Virus record (IMG/VR): IMGVR_UViG_3300022555_000003
Location: 64,001 to 128,000 of that record
Length of the DNA stretch: 64,000 nucleotides
Direction: 5' to 3' (one strand)
Source: a virus
Taxonomy: Duplodnaviria; Caudoviricetes
The stretch's first letter is position 1. Each line of letters begins with the position of its first letter. Positions 22,740 through 31,609 of the stretch are shown here, one piece after another. A program made the position numbers and the translations under genes. The notes beneath the pieces are model-generated. The model was not told the DNA's origin. It was given only the letters and a program-made list of their open reading frames with translations, and made no database searches.

Positions 22740-24296
22740 ATGTATAACAACTTTTTTAGCGGCCTACAAATCAAAGCACTTACAGGAACCTTATTTGATG
22801 AAGGGATGGCCGCACCAGAAATTTCTACGTTAAGAACTAGATATGAATCATTAGCCGCAGTATCTAATTGGAGAGATGTATTCGGATCTTTAGCTACTGT
22901 TCCACAATATGATACATTGCAAACATTCAATGGTTTAGTTAATGCACAATGGACAAGTGGTAGTAATTGGGCATCTGGAATTACTGTTAGATATCTCCGA
23001 AATGTTTATGCAACAACTGGAACATTAACTCAGCCATTAACTCCATATGCCAATTTTAATGAAGAATTTACAGCAGGTTGGTGGTCGCCACTTCCAGTAG
23101 ATCCATACAGAATATTTTCAGTTGATCCTGGTCAATTATGGTATACAAAACAACTATTAGCTGTTAATAGTGGCGCATATACAGAACCTAAAGATTATAA
23201 ATTCTCTGATGATTTAACAACAATCACTTTTAGTAATCCTCCACTCATTGCTGATACTATTAATATTCAATTAAGACTACGTGATGTATTTTACACTGCT
23301 GGTGATGAATTTCCATATATGTTTGGATGTATTCCAACTGTTTTTACAGATAATTTAGGAAAAGGTAATTTGATTGATATCACTTACCCAAGAACTGTAT
23401 CTTTGTTTCCGCAAACAGTGGTTAGCTTTGATGGTAGCGACAATGCAATTGTAGTACCAACTCCATTTAATTGTTTAAATATTCCACACGGTTTAGAAAC
23501 AGGAAAATCAGTTAAATATACTGTTAGTGCAGGAAATGTAGCTATTGGCGGAATGAGTGCTGGAACTTTATACTTTGCGGTTGCAATAGATAGTTCAACT
23601 TTACAACTTTCACTTACTAGAGAAGATGCATTACTTGATAATCCGAAAGTTATTGAAATTACTGGAACAGGTATTGGAAATAGTCATCAAATATCTTTGA
23701 GTACGTATGGAATCAGAAAGTTTAGTTCTTTGTTGTCACAAGCAGTTGGATATGCAACAGCTAATAATTTAATAATGCCAAGTGCTGCCACCGCAACATT
23801 TAGTCAATTTGGTGATGCTAATTACTTAGTAACTGGTGGCCTTAGTGCAATGGGCGGAGTTAATCAAGCTGAATTTAATGCAGTTGGTCAAGCATTTTCT
23901 CAGACTGGCTCATTAGTAGATATGGGCGCTCCAAATGCAGCATTTAGTAATAATCAAGTATTAAGTTTATTACAAAGTAAAAATGCAGAATATGTTGGAA
24001 ATTCGCACTTAAAATTATTTGATCAAGTATTAAGCGACACACAAGGAACAAATATTATTTTAAATACTAATACATTAGATGCATTAAGGTCTCCTATTCC
24101 AAATGTATTTGCAGTTACTGATAGTATGATCGGTGTAACAACATTAACAAATAGTTCTCTTAATAAATTATTACCTAATTCGGGCGATAAATCTCTTAAA
24201 GATATTAATAACAATATTAATAATTTACTTACTCCCGAAGTAAACTTCCAAACACTTGGAGATCAGCTAGTTCCTTTTGATGGAGGAAAGGTATAA
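22740..24296 (+). CDS. Putative baseplate/tail structural protein
   Basis: HGLETGKSVKY...IGGMSAGTLYFAV..D...LQLS module seen in phage structural proteins; late promoter motif at 22726. Confidence 0.55.
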   Translation: MYNNFFSGLQIKALTGTLFDEGMAAPEISTLRTRYESLAAVSNWRDVFGSLATVPQYDTLQTFNGLVNAQWTSGSNWASGITVRYLRNVYATTGTLTQPLTPYANFNEEFTAGWWSPLPVDPYRIFSVDPGQLWYTKQLLAVNSGAYTEPKDYKFSDDLTTITFSNPPLIADTINIQLRLRDVFYTAGDEFPYMFGCIPTVFTDNLGKGNLIDITYPRTVSLFPQTVVSFDGSDNAIVVPTPFNCLNIPHGLETGKSVKYTVSAGNVAIGGMSAGTLYFAVAIDSSTLQLSLTREDALLDNPKVIEITGTGIGNSHQISLSTYGIRKFSSLLSQAVGYATANNLIMPSAATATFSQFGDANYLVTGGLSAMGGVNQAEFNAVGQAFSQTGSLVDMGAPNAAFSNNQVLSLLQSKNAEYVGNSHLKLFDQVLSDTQGTNIILNTNTLDALRSPIPNVFAVTDSMIGVTTLTNSSLNKLLPNSGDKSLKDINNNINNLLTPEVNFQTLGDQLVPFDGGKV

Positions 24297-25414
24297 TGAC
24301 TAATTTAAATGATGTAACTCCAGGGTTAACTAATAGCACACAAATTCTAAATAAAGCAGCACCTCAGTTATTAAATAAAGGAGGTTCGCTCCTAAATACA
24401 TTTGGTTCAAGTGCATTGCCTAATATACCGTCTGTAGTGAATGGTAAAGGTATATCGGGAATGATACCAACATCATTTGGTAAAATTTTACCAACAAATG
24501 TAGGAAGTTTAGCTAATGTAGACAAGACTATTGGACAACTTGGAGACAAATCATTAAGTTCATCAGATGTAAGTAGTTTAAAAAGACAATTTAACTTAAC
24601 TGGACCAGTAGGAGATAATGTCTCTAAATTTAGTGACTTATCTAATCCTACTAAAATATTTTCTAGTCCAGTTGCTGGAGTTAGTTCTTCTCCAGCTACA
24701 ATACTTAATTCAAATTTATCATCATTTGCAAGTAAGACAAGTCCAACACCAGGTATAGCTGCATTGCCAATGGATTTATCGTTGCCAAGTTTATTATCAA
24801 ATGGATTAAGTGGGATAAAAAGTGGAGGTTGTTTGGGATGTATGTCTGGAGGATTATCTGGAGGATTAGGAGCACTTGGTGGACTTGGAGGTCTAAGCTC
24901 TATTGCTGGAGTTAGTACAATTCCATCGTTACCAGGAATGCCAGCACCTCTTGCTGGACCACTCGAGAGTGTTTCTAAATTCACACCGCCTGGTTTATCT
25001 AGTTTACCTAGCCCGCCGTCTTTATCAGGAGTACCAGGATTGCCATCTACAGGAATTTCATCTAGTTTAACATCTCTACCAGGTGCTCCATCTCTACTTA
25101 GAGTACCAAGTATTCCAGGCGTTCCGTCAAGTTTAGCAACTATACCTGGTACACAAAATTTAACTAATAGTTTATCTAAACAATTACCTGGATCAACCAC
25201 AAATGTAATATCTACAATTGGAGCATCACCAAATAAAGCAATTCCATCAGCAACTTCATTGTTACCAAAAAGTGTATCTACTTTGTTGCCTAAAGGAACA
25301 TCTACCTTAACTCCTTCGGTTAATTCATTGCTGGGTTCTTTCGGTAATATTTCAAAACCTGTAATAAGTACAGTAAATACCGTTTTACCAAAATTTACAA
25401 AAGGAATTAAATAA
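24296..25414 (+). CDS. Low-complexity Ser/Pro/Gly/Leu-rich protein
   Basis: TAATG-coupled to neighbours; PSLPG-like repeats. Confidence 0.6.
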   Translation: MTNLNDVTPGLTNSTQILNKAAPQLLNKGGSLLNTFGSSALPNIPSVVNGKGISGMIPTSFGKILPTNVGSLANVDKTIGQLGDKSLSSSDVSSLKRQFNLTGPVGDNVSKFSDLSNPTKIFSSPVAGVSSSPATILNSNLSSFASKTSPTPGIAALPMDLSLPSLLSNGLSGIKSGGCLGCMSGGLSGGLGALGGLGGLSSIAGVSTIPSLPGMPAPLAGPLESVSKFTPPGLSSLPSPPSLSGVPGLPSTGISSSLTSLPGAPSLLRVPSIPGVPSSLATIPGTQNLTNSLSKQLPGSTTNVISTIGASPNKAIPSATSLLPKSVSTLLPKGTSTLTPSVNSLLGSFGNISKPVISTVNTVLPKFTKGIK

Positions 25415-26236
25415 ATGGCCGAATTTTTAAGTGAAGTTGGATTAGCGATGACTAAGATTAAAACTTTAGAAGGACTATCTAAAGTTTTAACATTATCTGA
25501 ACCTGTAACTTCAACTGAGTTCAATCAGCTAACAGATCGTTACGGAAAAGGCCAAGGAGATAATGCTAAACTAACCGCAGGAGATTGTTTAGGTAACACC
25601 AATTACGTAACAGTTCTGAATGATGTTATATCACTTATAATGGTCTTTCAAGGTGGAGCTACTATGAATGCAGTTCAATTAAAAGTACTATCACTTAAAA
25701 CTGCTATACTTGCAAATTCTTATGCGCCTTTTGGATCGTGGCACGAATTGATTATAGATTACAAAAATACAATTGACGCATTAGCTAAAACACTAAATGA
25801 AGAAACAATAGCACGTAAAAAAGATGGGCTGTGTCACCAATATAATTTATTAGCTGAATCACATAATACAAGTGCAAAGATTTATATTGATGCGCCTTTT
25901 TATCCAACAGCAATTAGTGATAAAAATCAAGCTTGTCCTGCTTTTTGTAAAGATTTACATTCAATTGGTGCCAACTCAGATAATTTTAATTCAGATATCA
26001 TAATAGAGGAATGTGGGCAGCTTGAATTAACAACAGGTCAAGCTATTATAGCTGCTGAAAGAGAAGGAAAAAATATAAACATATTAAATGATATTGGTAT
26101 TGTTACTGATTCATTTGCAAGTAACGGCAATGGCATTCAACCTAAAGAATCAGCACCAAAATTACCATCTGGTGGACGATGGTCACCACCAGTTGATAAA
26201 TATTCTTCTTTGCCAACTGGATCATCTAGTTTCTAA
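25415..26236 (+). CDS. Hypothetical protein
   Basis: Directly follows 24296-25414. Confidence 0.55.
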   Translation: MAEFLSEVGLAMTKIKTLEGLSKVLTLSEPVTSTEFNQLTDRYGKGQGDNAKLTAGDCLGNTNYVTVLNDVISLIMVFQGGATMNAVQLKVLSLKTAILANSYAPFGSWHELIIDYKNTIDALAKTLNEETIARKKDGLCHQYNLLAESHNTSAKIYIDAPFYPTAISDKNQACPAFCKDLHSIGANSDNFNSDIIIEECGQLELTTGQAIIAAEREGKNINILNDIGIVTDSFASNGNGIQPKESAPKLPSGGRWSPPVDKYSSLPTGSSSF

Positions 26237-26242
26237 CATATT

Positions 26243-26869
26243 ATGATACCTAATAACAGAAAAGAGTTTAATAAATCCTGGTTAGTAGAAATGCCTGAAG
26301 GCATTGGCAATATTGAAATATTTGATATGATCCACTATAATATTAAAGATCAGATTCGTAATGGTGCTAAAGTGAATAATGTTACAAATCAACTTAGAAA
26401 AATTGTAGGATCACAAACAGCTTATTATTGGTTTGAAAATAATGGAGAAATTATTCTTGGCGCTGAGTTCTCAATTAATTCACAAAACTATACAGTAAAT
26501 GCAGTAGCTAAGTCACCAAACTGGCGTAAAAAAACACCATATGCTACCGATTTATATAAAGCAGTATTAGATGATACAAACAAAAGTATTCGTATATTCA
26601 GAGATTATCAAATGAGTAATTCTGGATTAGATATGTGGAAAAAATTATTAGATAGTGGTTGTCATATTAGTGTATATGATAGTAAAAATCCTGGAGTATC
26701 TTTTAAAGAAATACACGATACAATAGAACTTGAAAATTACTTTAAAGACGATGATACTAATTTTCGTCGTTACCAATATGTATTAAGTGAAGGACAGGTT
26801 CATTTAGATGTAATTGGATTCTTTAATACCAGACGAATGAGAGAATTAAGTGGTATAAGTTTAATCTAA
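26243..26869 (+). CDS. Hypothetical protein, possibly GNAT-like fold
   Basis: LYKAVL...QMSNSGLDMWKKL resembles GNAT-like phage proteins; weak. Confidence 0.4.
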   Translation: MIPNNRKEFNKSWLVEMPEGIGNIEIFDMIHYNIKDQIRNGAKVNNVTNQLRKIVGSQTAYYWFENNGEIILGAEFSINSQNYTVNAVAKSPNWRKKTPYATDLYKAVLDDTNKSIRIFRDYQMSNSGLDMWKKLLDSGCHISVYDSKNPGVSFKEIHDTIELENYFKDDDTNFRRYQYVLSEGQVHLDVIGFFNTRRMRELSGISLI

Positions 26870-26896
26870 CGTTCGTATTTAAGTCCCAATTTGGAT

Positions 26897-27285
26897 TTAA
26901 TATGCATATTTTAAACCTTTGAGTATCAAATAAGTTAACTGTTCAGGATCAACATAAGTAGATCTAGAAATTTTAGTAAATGAATTTATTTCAACGCCTT
27001 CAAAATTTACACCACATAGATATGTTCCATATAAAATTGCTCCATTTAATGAAGCGCCAGATAGATTAACATTACCTAAATCAGCGAGACTTAAATCAAC
27101 ACCTGTTAAATTAGCACCACTTAAATTAGAATTCGATAAATTTGCATTTCTTAGAGAAGAATAGCTTAAATTGCATCCACGTAAATCTAAATCATTTAAT
27201 TTATACACCAAGATAAATCTGAGTTACAAAGAGTTTCATCGTTGATTGTATATAATAATACTCCTCTAATAGATGTAATAAACAT
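26897..27285 (-). pseudogene. Capped pentapeptide-repeat gene (copy 4) with a 1-nt frameshift near 27198
   Basis: Start MFITSIRGVLLYTINDETLCNSDLSWCIN* at 27285 continues one base out of frame as LNDLDLRGCNL...[18 protein letters not shown]. Confidence 0.7.
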
Positions 27286-27785
27286 TATTGTCTTGTTAAA
27301 AGTTCAGTGAATCTAATTAATTTGAAATCATCATCAAACAATGTTCCATCACACTGTAAACCATTATGCGTTCCGCTCCCATTTCCAAGATTAATTCCAG
27401 TATTTTTAAACATATTAAAACAACTAATACGGTGTTCACCTGAGTGTGTTAATTTTAGTCGGATGTACCAACCCGGATAATTTCGAGGAACATCTTTTTT
27501 ATATCCACCCCAATTAGTTTCTTTACCAATTGGTGCACTATGAGAATTAGAAACTTCGTCGGACCAAGTAAAGCTATAGAAATCAACTGAAATCGCACTC
27601 GGAAATTTTGAAGTGTCAATTTCTTTGTCTTTTTTAAAAGATTCATGATACCAGCCATTTGCTAAAAAATAATTCCAATGTTCAATTATAAATTCAACTA
27701 ATTCAACTCTTGATGCAACAGTATTTCGCATTTTCTCGAAAACTGGTTTAACTACCATTGGGATTTCATCACATGTTAAAATCAT
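27285..27785 (-). CDS. Hypothetical protein
   Basis: ORF track; TAATG coupling to the next minus-strand gene. Confidence 0.6.
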   Translation of the reverse strand: MILTCDEIPMVVKPVFEKMRNTVASRVELVEFIIEHWNYFLANGWYHESFKKDKEIDTSKFPSAISVDFYSFTWSDEVSNSHSAPIGKETNWGGYKKDVPRNYPGWYIRLKLTHSGEHRISCFNMFKNTGINLGNGSGTHNGLQCDGTLFDDDFKLIRFTELLTRQ

Positions 27786-27787
27786 AA

Positions 27788-28003
27788 TTAGTCTTTTTCT
27801 CTTTTTGATTTACGTCCTATGTGGTAATATCCGCACCAAGGGCAAGTGTAAATATTATAAGTTCGTCCAGGACGAATACACTCTAACGAATACGCTTGTT
27901 TTGTAGCAACCAATTGACTCACATATTTCAATTTGGTCAGACATTGATAAAATTCAGTAAGCCGATTTTTGTACAAATCAACATCTTTTCTATCAACTGG
28001 CAT
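27788..28003 (-). CDS. Small zinc-ribbon-like protein
   Basis: C....Y.......A.......YxCPWCGYYHIG. Confidence 0.6.
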   Translation of the reverse strand: MPVDRKDVDLYKNRLTEFYQCLTKLKYVSQLVATKQAYSLECIRPGRTYNIYTCPWCGYYHIGRKSKREKD

Positions 28004-28011
28004 AATTTTAC

Positions 28012-28170
28012 CTACTGCTCGTATTTTTCAAGCCACCGGATACCATAAGTTTCTGCATCATTCTTTTCAATCCAATCTTCAAGTGCAGCTTCATCTTCGA
28101 ACTTCTTTGTCCATCTAAGACAATTCATGCCCTTAATGCCGTATGCTTCAATAGTATTTTTGCGTTTCAT
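28012..28170 (-). CDS. Small hypothetical protein (52 aa, not in ORF track)
   Basis: MKRKNTIEAYGIKGMNCLRWTKKFEDEAALEDWIEKNDAETYGIRWLEKYEQ*. Confidence 0.55.
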   Translation of the reverse strand: MKRKNTIEAYGIKGMNCLRWTKKFEDEAALEDWIEKNDAETYGIRWLEKYEQ

Positions 28171-28286
28171 TTCGAGTCCATCCAATTTCCAAATTTTTCT
28201 AGAATTTTTTCGAACCCACCAGTAATCAATACCACTCCAGCACAGAATGCCAAAAAATACACAAGCGAAAGAAAGTCAGCTAACAT
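28149..28286 (-). CDS. Small membrane protein (45 aa, not in ORF track)
   Basis: AAGGAG RBS; MLADFLSLVYFLAFCAGVVLITGG hydrophobic stretch. Confidence 0.5.
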
Positions 28287-28343
28287 TTTAAATCTCCTTT
28301 TCTAGTACTCTTTAAGTATAGCAAACATAAAAATCATTGTCAA
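28283..28343 (-). promoter_or_regulatory. Leftward early promoter plus RBS cassette
   Basis: TTGACA-17-TATACT then TAAAGAGTACTAGAAAAGGAGATTTAAAATG, same as the + strand cassette at 28771-28810. Confidence 0.75.
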
Positions 28344-28351
28344 CGCCTATT

Positions 28352-28508
28352 CTAAGTCGTTTGTTTTCAGTGCTTAATTCAACACAAAACGTCGTATAAC
28401 GCAGTTTTTAACTGGAGTTGGGGCTCTTATACCAGATATGCCCTAAGAATTGCTTAAATGACGTTTTATTTTGGTTGACTTCTTCTCAACCAAACTGCTA
28501 TACTTAAA
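28352..28508 (+). repeat. 157-bp hairpin plus promoter cassette, copy 1
   Basis: Near-identical to 56143-56299; nested stems, then TTGACT-18-TATACT. Confidence 0.85.
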
Positions 28509-28510
28509 TT

Positions 28511-28753
28511 ATGCTTATTGAAGTTAAAACTGGTGTGTATGCATCTTTTGAATATGAAAACCAAGTTATTTTTTATCTTGGCAATCCCGCAGGCCCAGAA
28601 TATGAACGTGGGTATGATGGGTTTGATAAAATTATTGGTACATGGAATCCAGTGAATAAGACGGTGACTGTATACTTCAAAGTTGGCAGTATCGACTCAG
28701 AAACAATTGAAAATATCCCGACTTTTTTGGATGCAGTCCCGTTTATGATTTGA
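28511..28753 (+). CDS. Hypothetical early protein (probably leaderless)
   Basis: ATG 6 nt after TATACT. Confidence 0.55.
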   Translation: MLIEVKTGVYASFEYENQVIFYLGNPAGPEYERGYDGFDKIIGTWNPVNKTVTVYFKVGSIDSETIENIPTFLDAVPFMI

Positions 28754-28810
28754 CATTTGATTATCAAAACTGCTATACTTAAAGAGTACTAGAAAAGGAG
28801 ATTTAAAATG
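28750..28810 (+). promoter_or_regulatory. Early promoter plus RBS cassette
   Basis: TTGACA-18-TATACT, AAGGAG, ATG at 28808. Confidence 0.75.
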
Positions 28811-28975
28811 GGCGATTGGCGTTATAGGCAATGGTTGGTTTCTTATACTATTCCAGGACAATGTTTACAAAAGATGGTTGTGACAGCTGATGGCGTTAAT
28901 ACTGCAAGAGAGCTTGTCAAGGCAATGTTTGGTGGTAAGGTTATCATTGGATATATTGAGGAAGTTAGGAATTGA
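28808..28975 (+). CDS. Small hypothetical protein (55 aa, not in ORF track)
   Basis: MGDWRYRQWLVSY...TARELVKAMFGGKVIIGYIEEVRN* with own promoter and RBS. Confidence 0.65.
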   Translation: MGDWRYRQWLVSYTIPGQCLQKMVVTADGVNTARELVKAMFGGKVIIGYIEEVRN

Positions 28976-29035
28976 CATTTTGAATTCAAACTGCTATACT
29001 TAAAGAGTAGAGAAATAAACAGGAGATTTAAAATG
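28972..29035 (+). promoter_or_regulatory. Early promoter plus RBS cassette
   Basis: TTGACA-17-TATACT, AAAGAGTA, AGGAG, ATG at 29033. Confidence 0.75.
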
Positions 29036-29353
29036 TTTTTAGTTGGTGACAAAATGAATTACCGTTTTATTGGCTGGTGTCATGATCCAAAAGAAAATCA
29101 CGATAAAGTATGGGCGGTGATTATTATCAACAATAAGTATGGCGATTGTAAAGTTGCAACCATTTGGGGACGACGTGGCAAAACATTACAATCAAAAATT
29201 ATTGAAACTACGTCTTGGGATCTTGATACTTTAGTTAGATCAAAACAAAAGAAAGGCTACGAAAGTTATTCTAAAAGTCAACTAGATAATGTGTATCCAA
29301 ATTTCGAACAGGATTTGGAAATGACAACTAGTTGGGCAATGTTGAAATCATAA
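29033..29353 (+). CDS. WGR-domain protein
   Basis: HDKVW...VATIWGRRGKTLQSK...KQKKGY. Confidence 0.75.
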   Translation: MFLVGDKMNYRFIGWCHDPKENHDKVWAVIIINNKYGDCKVATIWGRRGKTLQSKIIETTSWDLDTLVRSKQKKGYESYSKSQLDNVYPNFEQDLEMTTSWAMLKS

Positions 29354-29354
29354 T

Positions 29355-29531
29355 ATGAAATACAAAATAGTAGTTTCATGTTATCGATATGTATTAGAAC
29401 AGATGGTAAATGACCATATTAAAGAAGGTTGGATTCCAACTGGCGGAGTCTATATTGAAGAATGCTCTACATCAGGTAGATATGGTCAAGCAATGATAAA
29501 TATGCTGCATAATCAAAATGAAAATTTGTAA
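29355..29531 (+). CDS. Small hypothetical protein (DUF1737-like; not in ORF track)
   Basis: YKIV...LEQMVNDHIKEGWIPTGGV...YGQAM. Confidence 0.5.
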   Translation: MKYKIVVSCYRYVLEQMVNDHIKEGWIPTGGVYIEECSTSGRYGQAMINMLHNQNENL

Positions 29532-29823
29532 TATATTAATTAGACATTCTAAAAAACGATCAAACTTTTGGGCAATAGTTGATTGCTCGGGTAACGATTA
29601 TGGTTATAAAAGATATGTTTATGTTTGGGGGAGAGTTGGTCACGCCAGTAGACATTTAGTGAAATTGAGTGACCTACTTTATAATAGAAAACTTCGTAGG
29701 GCCAAATATAATCATAATTATGATGATTTAAGTCCTAGCAATTCAACTTATAATACAATAGTTGATGATATCGGAAAGTATATAACTATTAAAACATTAG
29801 AAGGAAAAATTAAATCTAAATGA
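29518..29823 (+). CDS. Divergent WGR-like protein
   Basis: NFWAI...YVYVWGRVG. Confidence 0.5.
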   Translation: MKICNILIRHSKKRSNFWAIVDCSGNDYGYKRYVYVWGRVGHASRHLVKLSDLLYNRKLRRAKYNHNYDDLSPSNSTYNTIVDDIGKYITIKTLEGKIKSK

Positions 29824-31133
29824 TGAAACCATGGGAAGTAATTGAACAGTTGGACGCTACGCCATCGCGTACAAATAAAGAAGCAATTTTATTGAGTGAA
29901 GCCAAAGCTAACAATGATGAATTATTTGCTGGATTTATGCTGGCATACAATTCTTTTTTAACATTTGGATTAAAGCAAATTCCAGAAGCTACAGTTGATG
30001 GTCCGGGTATTGATTGGTTTGATTTTTTGAATCTAACTGACCAACTTATTGATCGAAAATTAACTGGAAATGCTGCAAGAGATGCAGTAGAAGTATTGAT
30101 GAAGAAGTCAACTGTCAGGGCTTGGAACAAGTGGTTTCGTCCAATTCTAATCCGTGATATGCGTTGCAGTACATCAGATTCTACAGTTAATAAGGTTGCT
30201 AAGAAATCCAATAAGCCCGAATATGCTATTCCACTATTTGAAGTTCAATTAGCATTTGATGGCGCAAATCACGCAGAAAAGATTGTTGGAAAGAAGATTA
30301 TTCAATCTAAGCTTGATGGTGTTCGTCTTATCACTATTGTGTATCCAACTGGTGTTGTTGAACAGTTTACCAGGAACGGAAAAGTGATGGATAATTTTCC
30401 ACATATCAGAGATCAATTTGCTTCAGTAGCAGATAAAATTGAGGAACCTTGGGTATTTGATGGTGAAATTATGTCTTCATCATTCCAAGATTTGATGAAG
30501 CAAACCCAACGTAAATCAAATATTCAAACAAAAGATTCAATTTTGAATTTGTTTGATTGTTTAAGTTTGGTAGATTTTAAGAAAGGCATTTGCACAGATT
30601 CGCAAGTAGCAAGAGCAGCATGTTTGGATTATTGGTACAATGAATGTAAAGATAAACTGCCAAATGTTAATGTATTGGGATATGAGATTGTCGACCTTAA
30701 TACTGACATTGGTCAAAAGCGATTTAACGAAATTAATAATTTGGCTATTGCTGCTGGGTTTGAAGGAATTCTAATTAAGGATCCCAATGCACCATATGAA
30801 TGCAAACGATCTGTTGCTTGGCTTAAACGAAAGCCGTTTATTACAGTAGATTTGACTGTAGTTGGTATTGAGGAAGGTACTGGTAAGTACGAAAAGATGA
30901 TGGGTGCATTAGTTTGTGAAGGTACCGATCAAAGACGTCTAATCCAAGTAAATGTTGGTAGCGGTTTTACTGACGAAGAACGAGATATTATTTGGAATAA
31001 TCAAAGTAATGTGTTAAATCAAATTGTAGAAATAAAAGCAGACGTAATAACAAAAAATCAAAATGGAACTTATAGTTTGCGCTTTCCACGATTTGAACGT
31101 TGGCGCGGTTTTGAGCCAGGAGAAAAGATGTGA
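29820..31133 (+). CDS. lig: ATP-dependent DNA ligase
   Basis: Motif I QSKLDGVR; FDGEI; FDCL; EGILIK; WLKRK; VNVGSGF; SLRFPRF. Confidence 0.93.
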   Translation: MMKPWEVIEQLDATPSRTNKEAILLSEAKANNDELFAGFMLAYNSFLTFGLKQIPEATVDGPGIDWFDFLNLTDQLIDRKLTGNAARDAVEVLMKKSTVRAWNKWFRPILIRDMRCSTSDSTVNKVAKKSNKPEYAIPLFEVQLAFDGANHAEKIVGKKIIQSKLDGVRLITIVYPTGVVEQFTRNGKVMDNFPHIRDQFASVADKIEEPWVFDGEIMSSSFQDLMKQTQRKSNIQTKDSILNLFDCLSLVDFKKGICTDSQVARAACLDYWYNECKDKLPNVNVLGYEIVDLNTDIGQKRFNEINNLAIAAGFEGILIKDPNAPYECKRSVAWLKRKPFITVDLTVVGIEEGTGKYEKMMGALVCEGTDQRRLIQVNVGSGFTDEERDIIWNNQSNVLNQIVEIKADVITKNQNGTYSLRFPRFERWRGFEPGEKM

Positions 31134-31324
31134 GCGTTAAAGATGGTCCATGGGATGCAAAGTTTACAGCGTCCTTGCTATTAAGTAATTTTGCTGAACA
31201 ATTTACTCCAGAAATTAAACATTATACAATCGAACAAGGTAATTTGATACATTTCTATGCAGATAAAATTGCAAAAGAATTGTGCGAAACACCTGGTAAG
31301 TATAAGTATACAGAAAGAAAATAG
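31130..31324 (+). CDS. Hypothetical protein
   Basis: GTGA-coupled to the ligase gene. Confidence 0.45.
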   Translation: MSVKDGPWDAKFTASLLLSNFAEQFTPEIKHYTIEQGNLIHFYADKIAKELCETPGKYKYTERK

Positions 31325-31325
31325 T

Positions 31326-31544
31326 ATGTTTGAACAATTAATACAGGAAGGATATTATATCATGGAAGTACCAAAGTTAGCACAAGAAGTTTTTAATGTA
31401 TTTGGAGTAGGAGAAAATTCCAATGGTCCATTGGAAGCTGTCCGACTAGAGATTATTGGCCGTAACTGGCTTAATTTTTGGGCATTGTCTCAAGAAGAGT
31501 ACGAATTCATTAAGTTTCATAATAATTATGTAAATCAGTTCTAA
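31326..31544 (+). CDS. Hypothetical protein
   Basis: Start MFEQ adjusted from ORF track. Confidence 0.45.
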   Translation: MFEQLIQEGYYIMEVPKLAQEVFNVFGVGENSNGPLEAVRLEIIGRNWLNFWALSQEEYEFIKFHNNYVNQF

Positions 31545-31609
31545 AAAGATATTTGCGATCCTCAGTGTGATTTCAAACTATTGATAAATAATAGTAAAGA
31601 GGATCGCGA

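Noticed and set aside
24364-25524. 386-aa minus-strand ORF as a real gene
   Set aside because: Lies antisense to a translationally coupled plus-strand gene; explained by low-complexity codon usage
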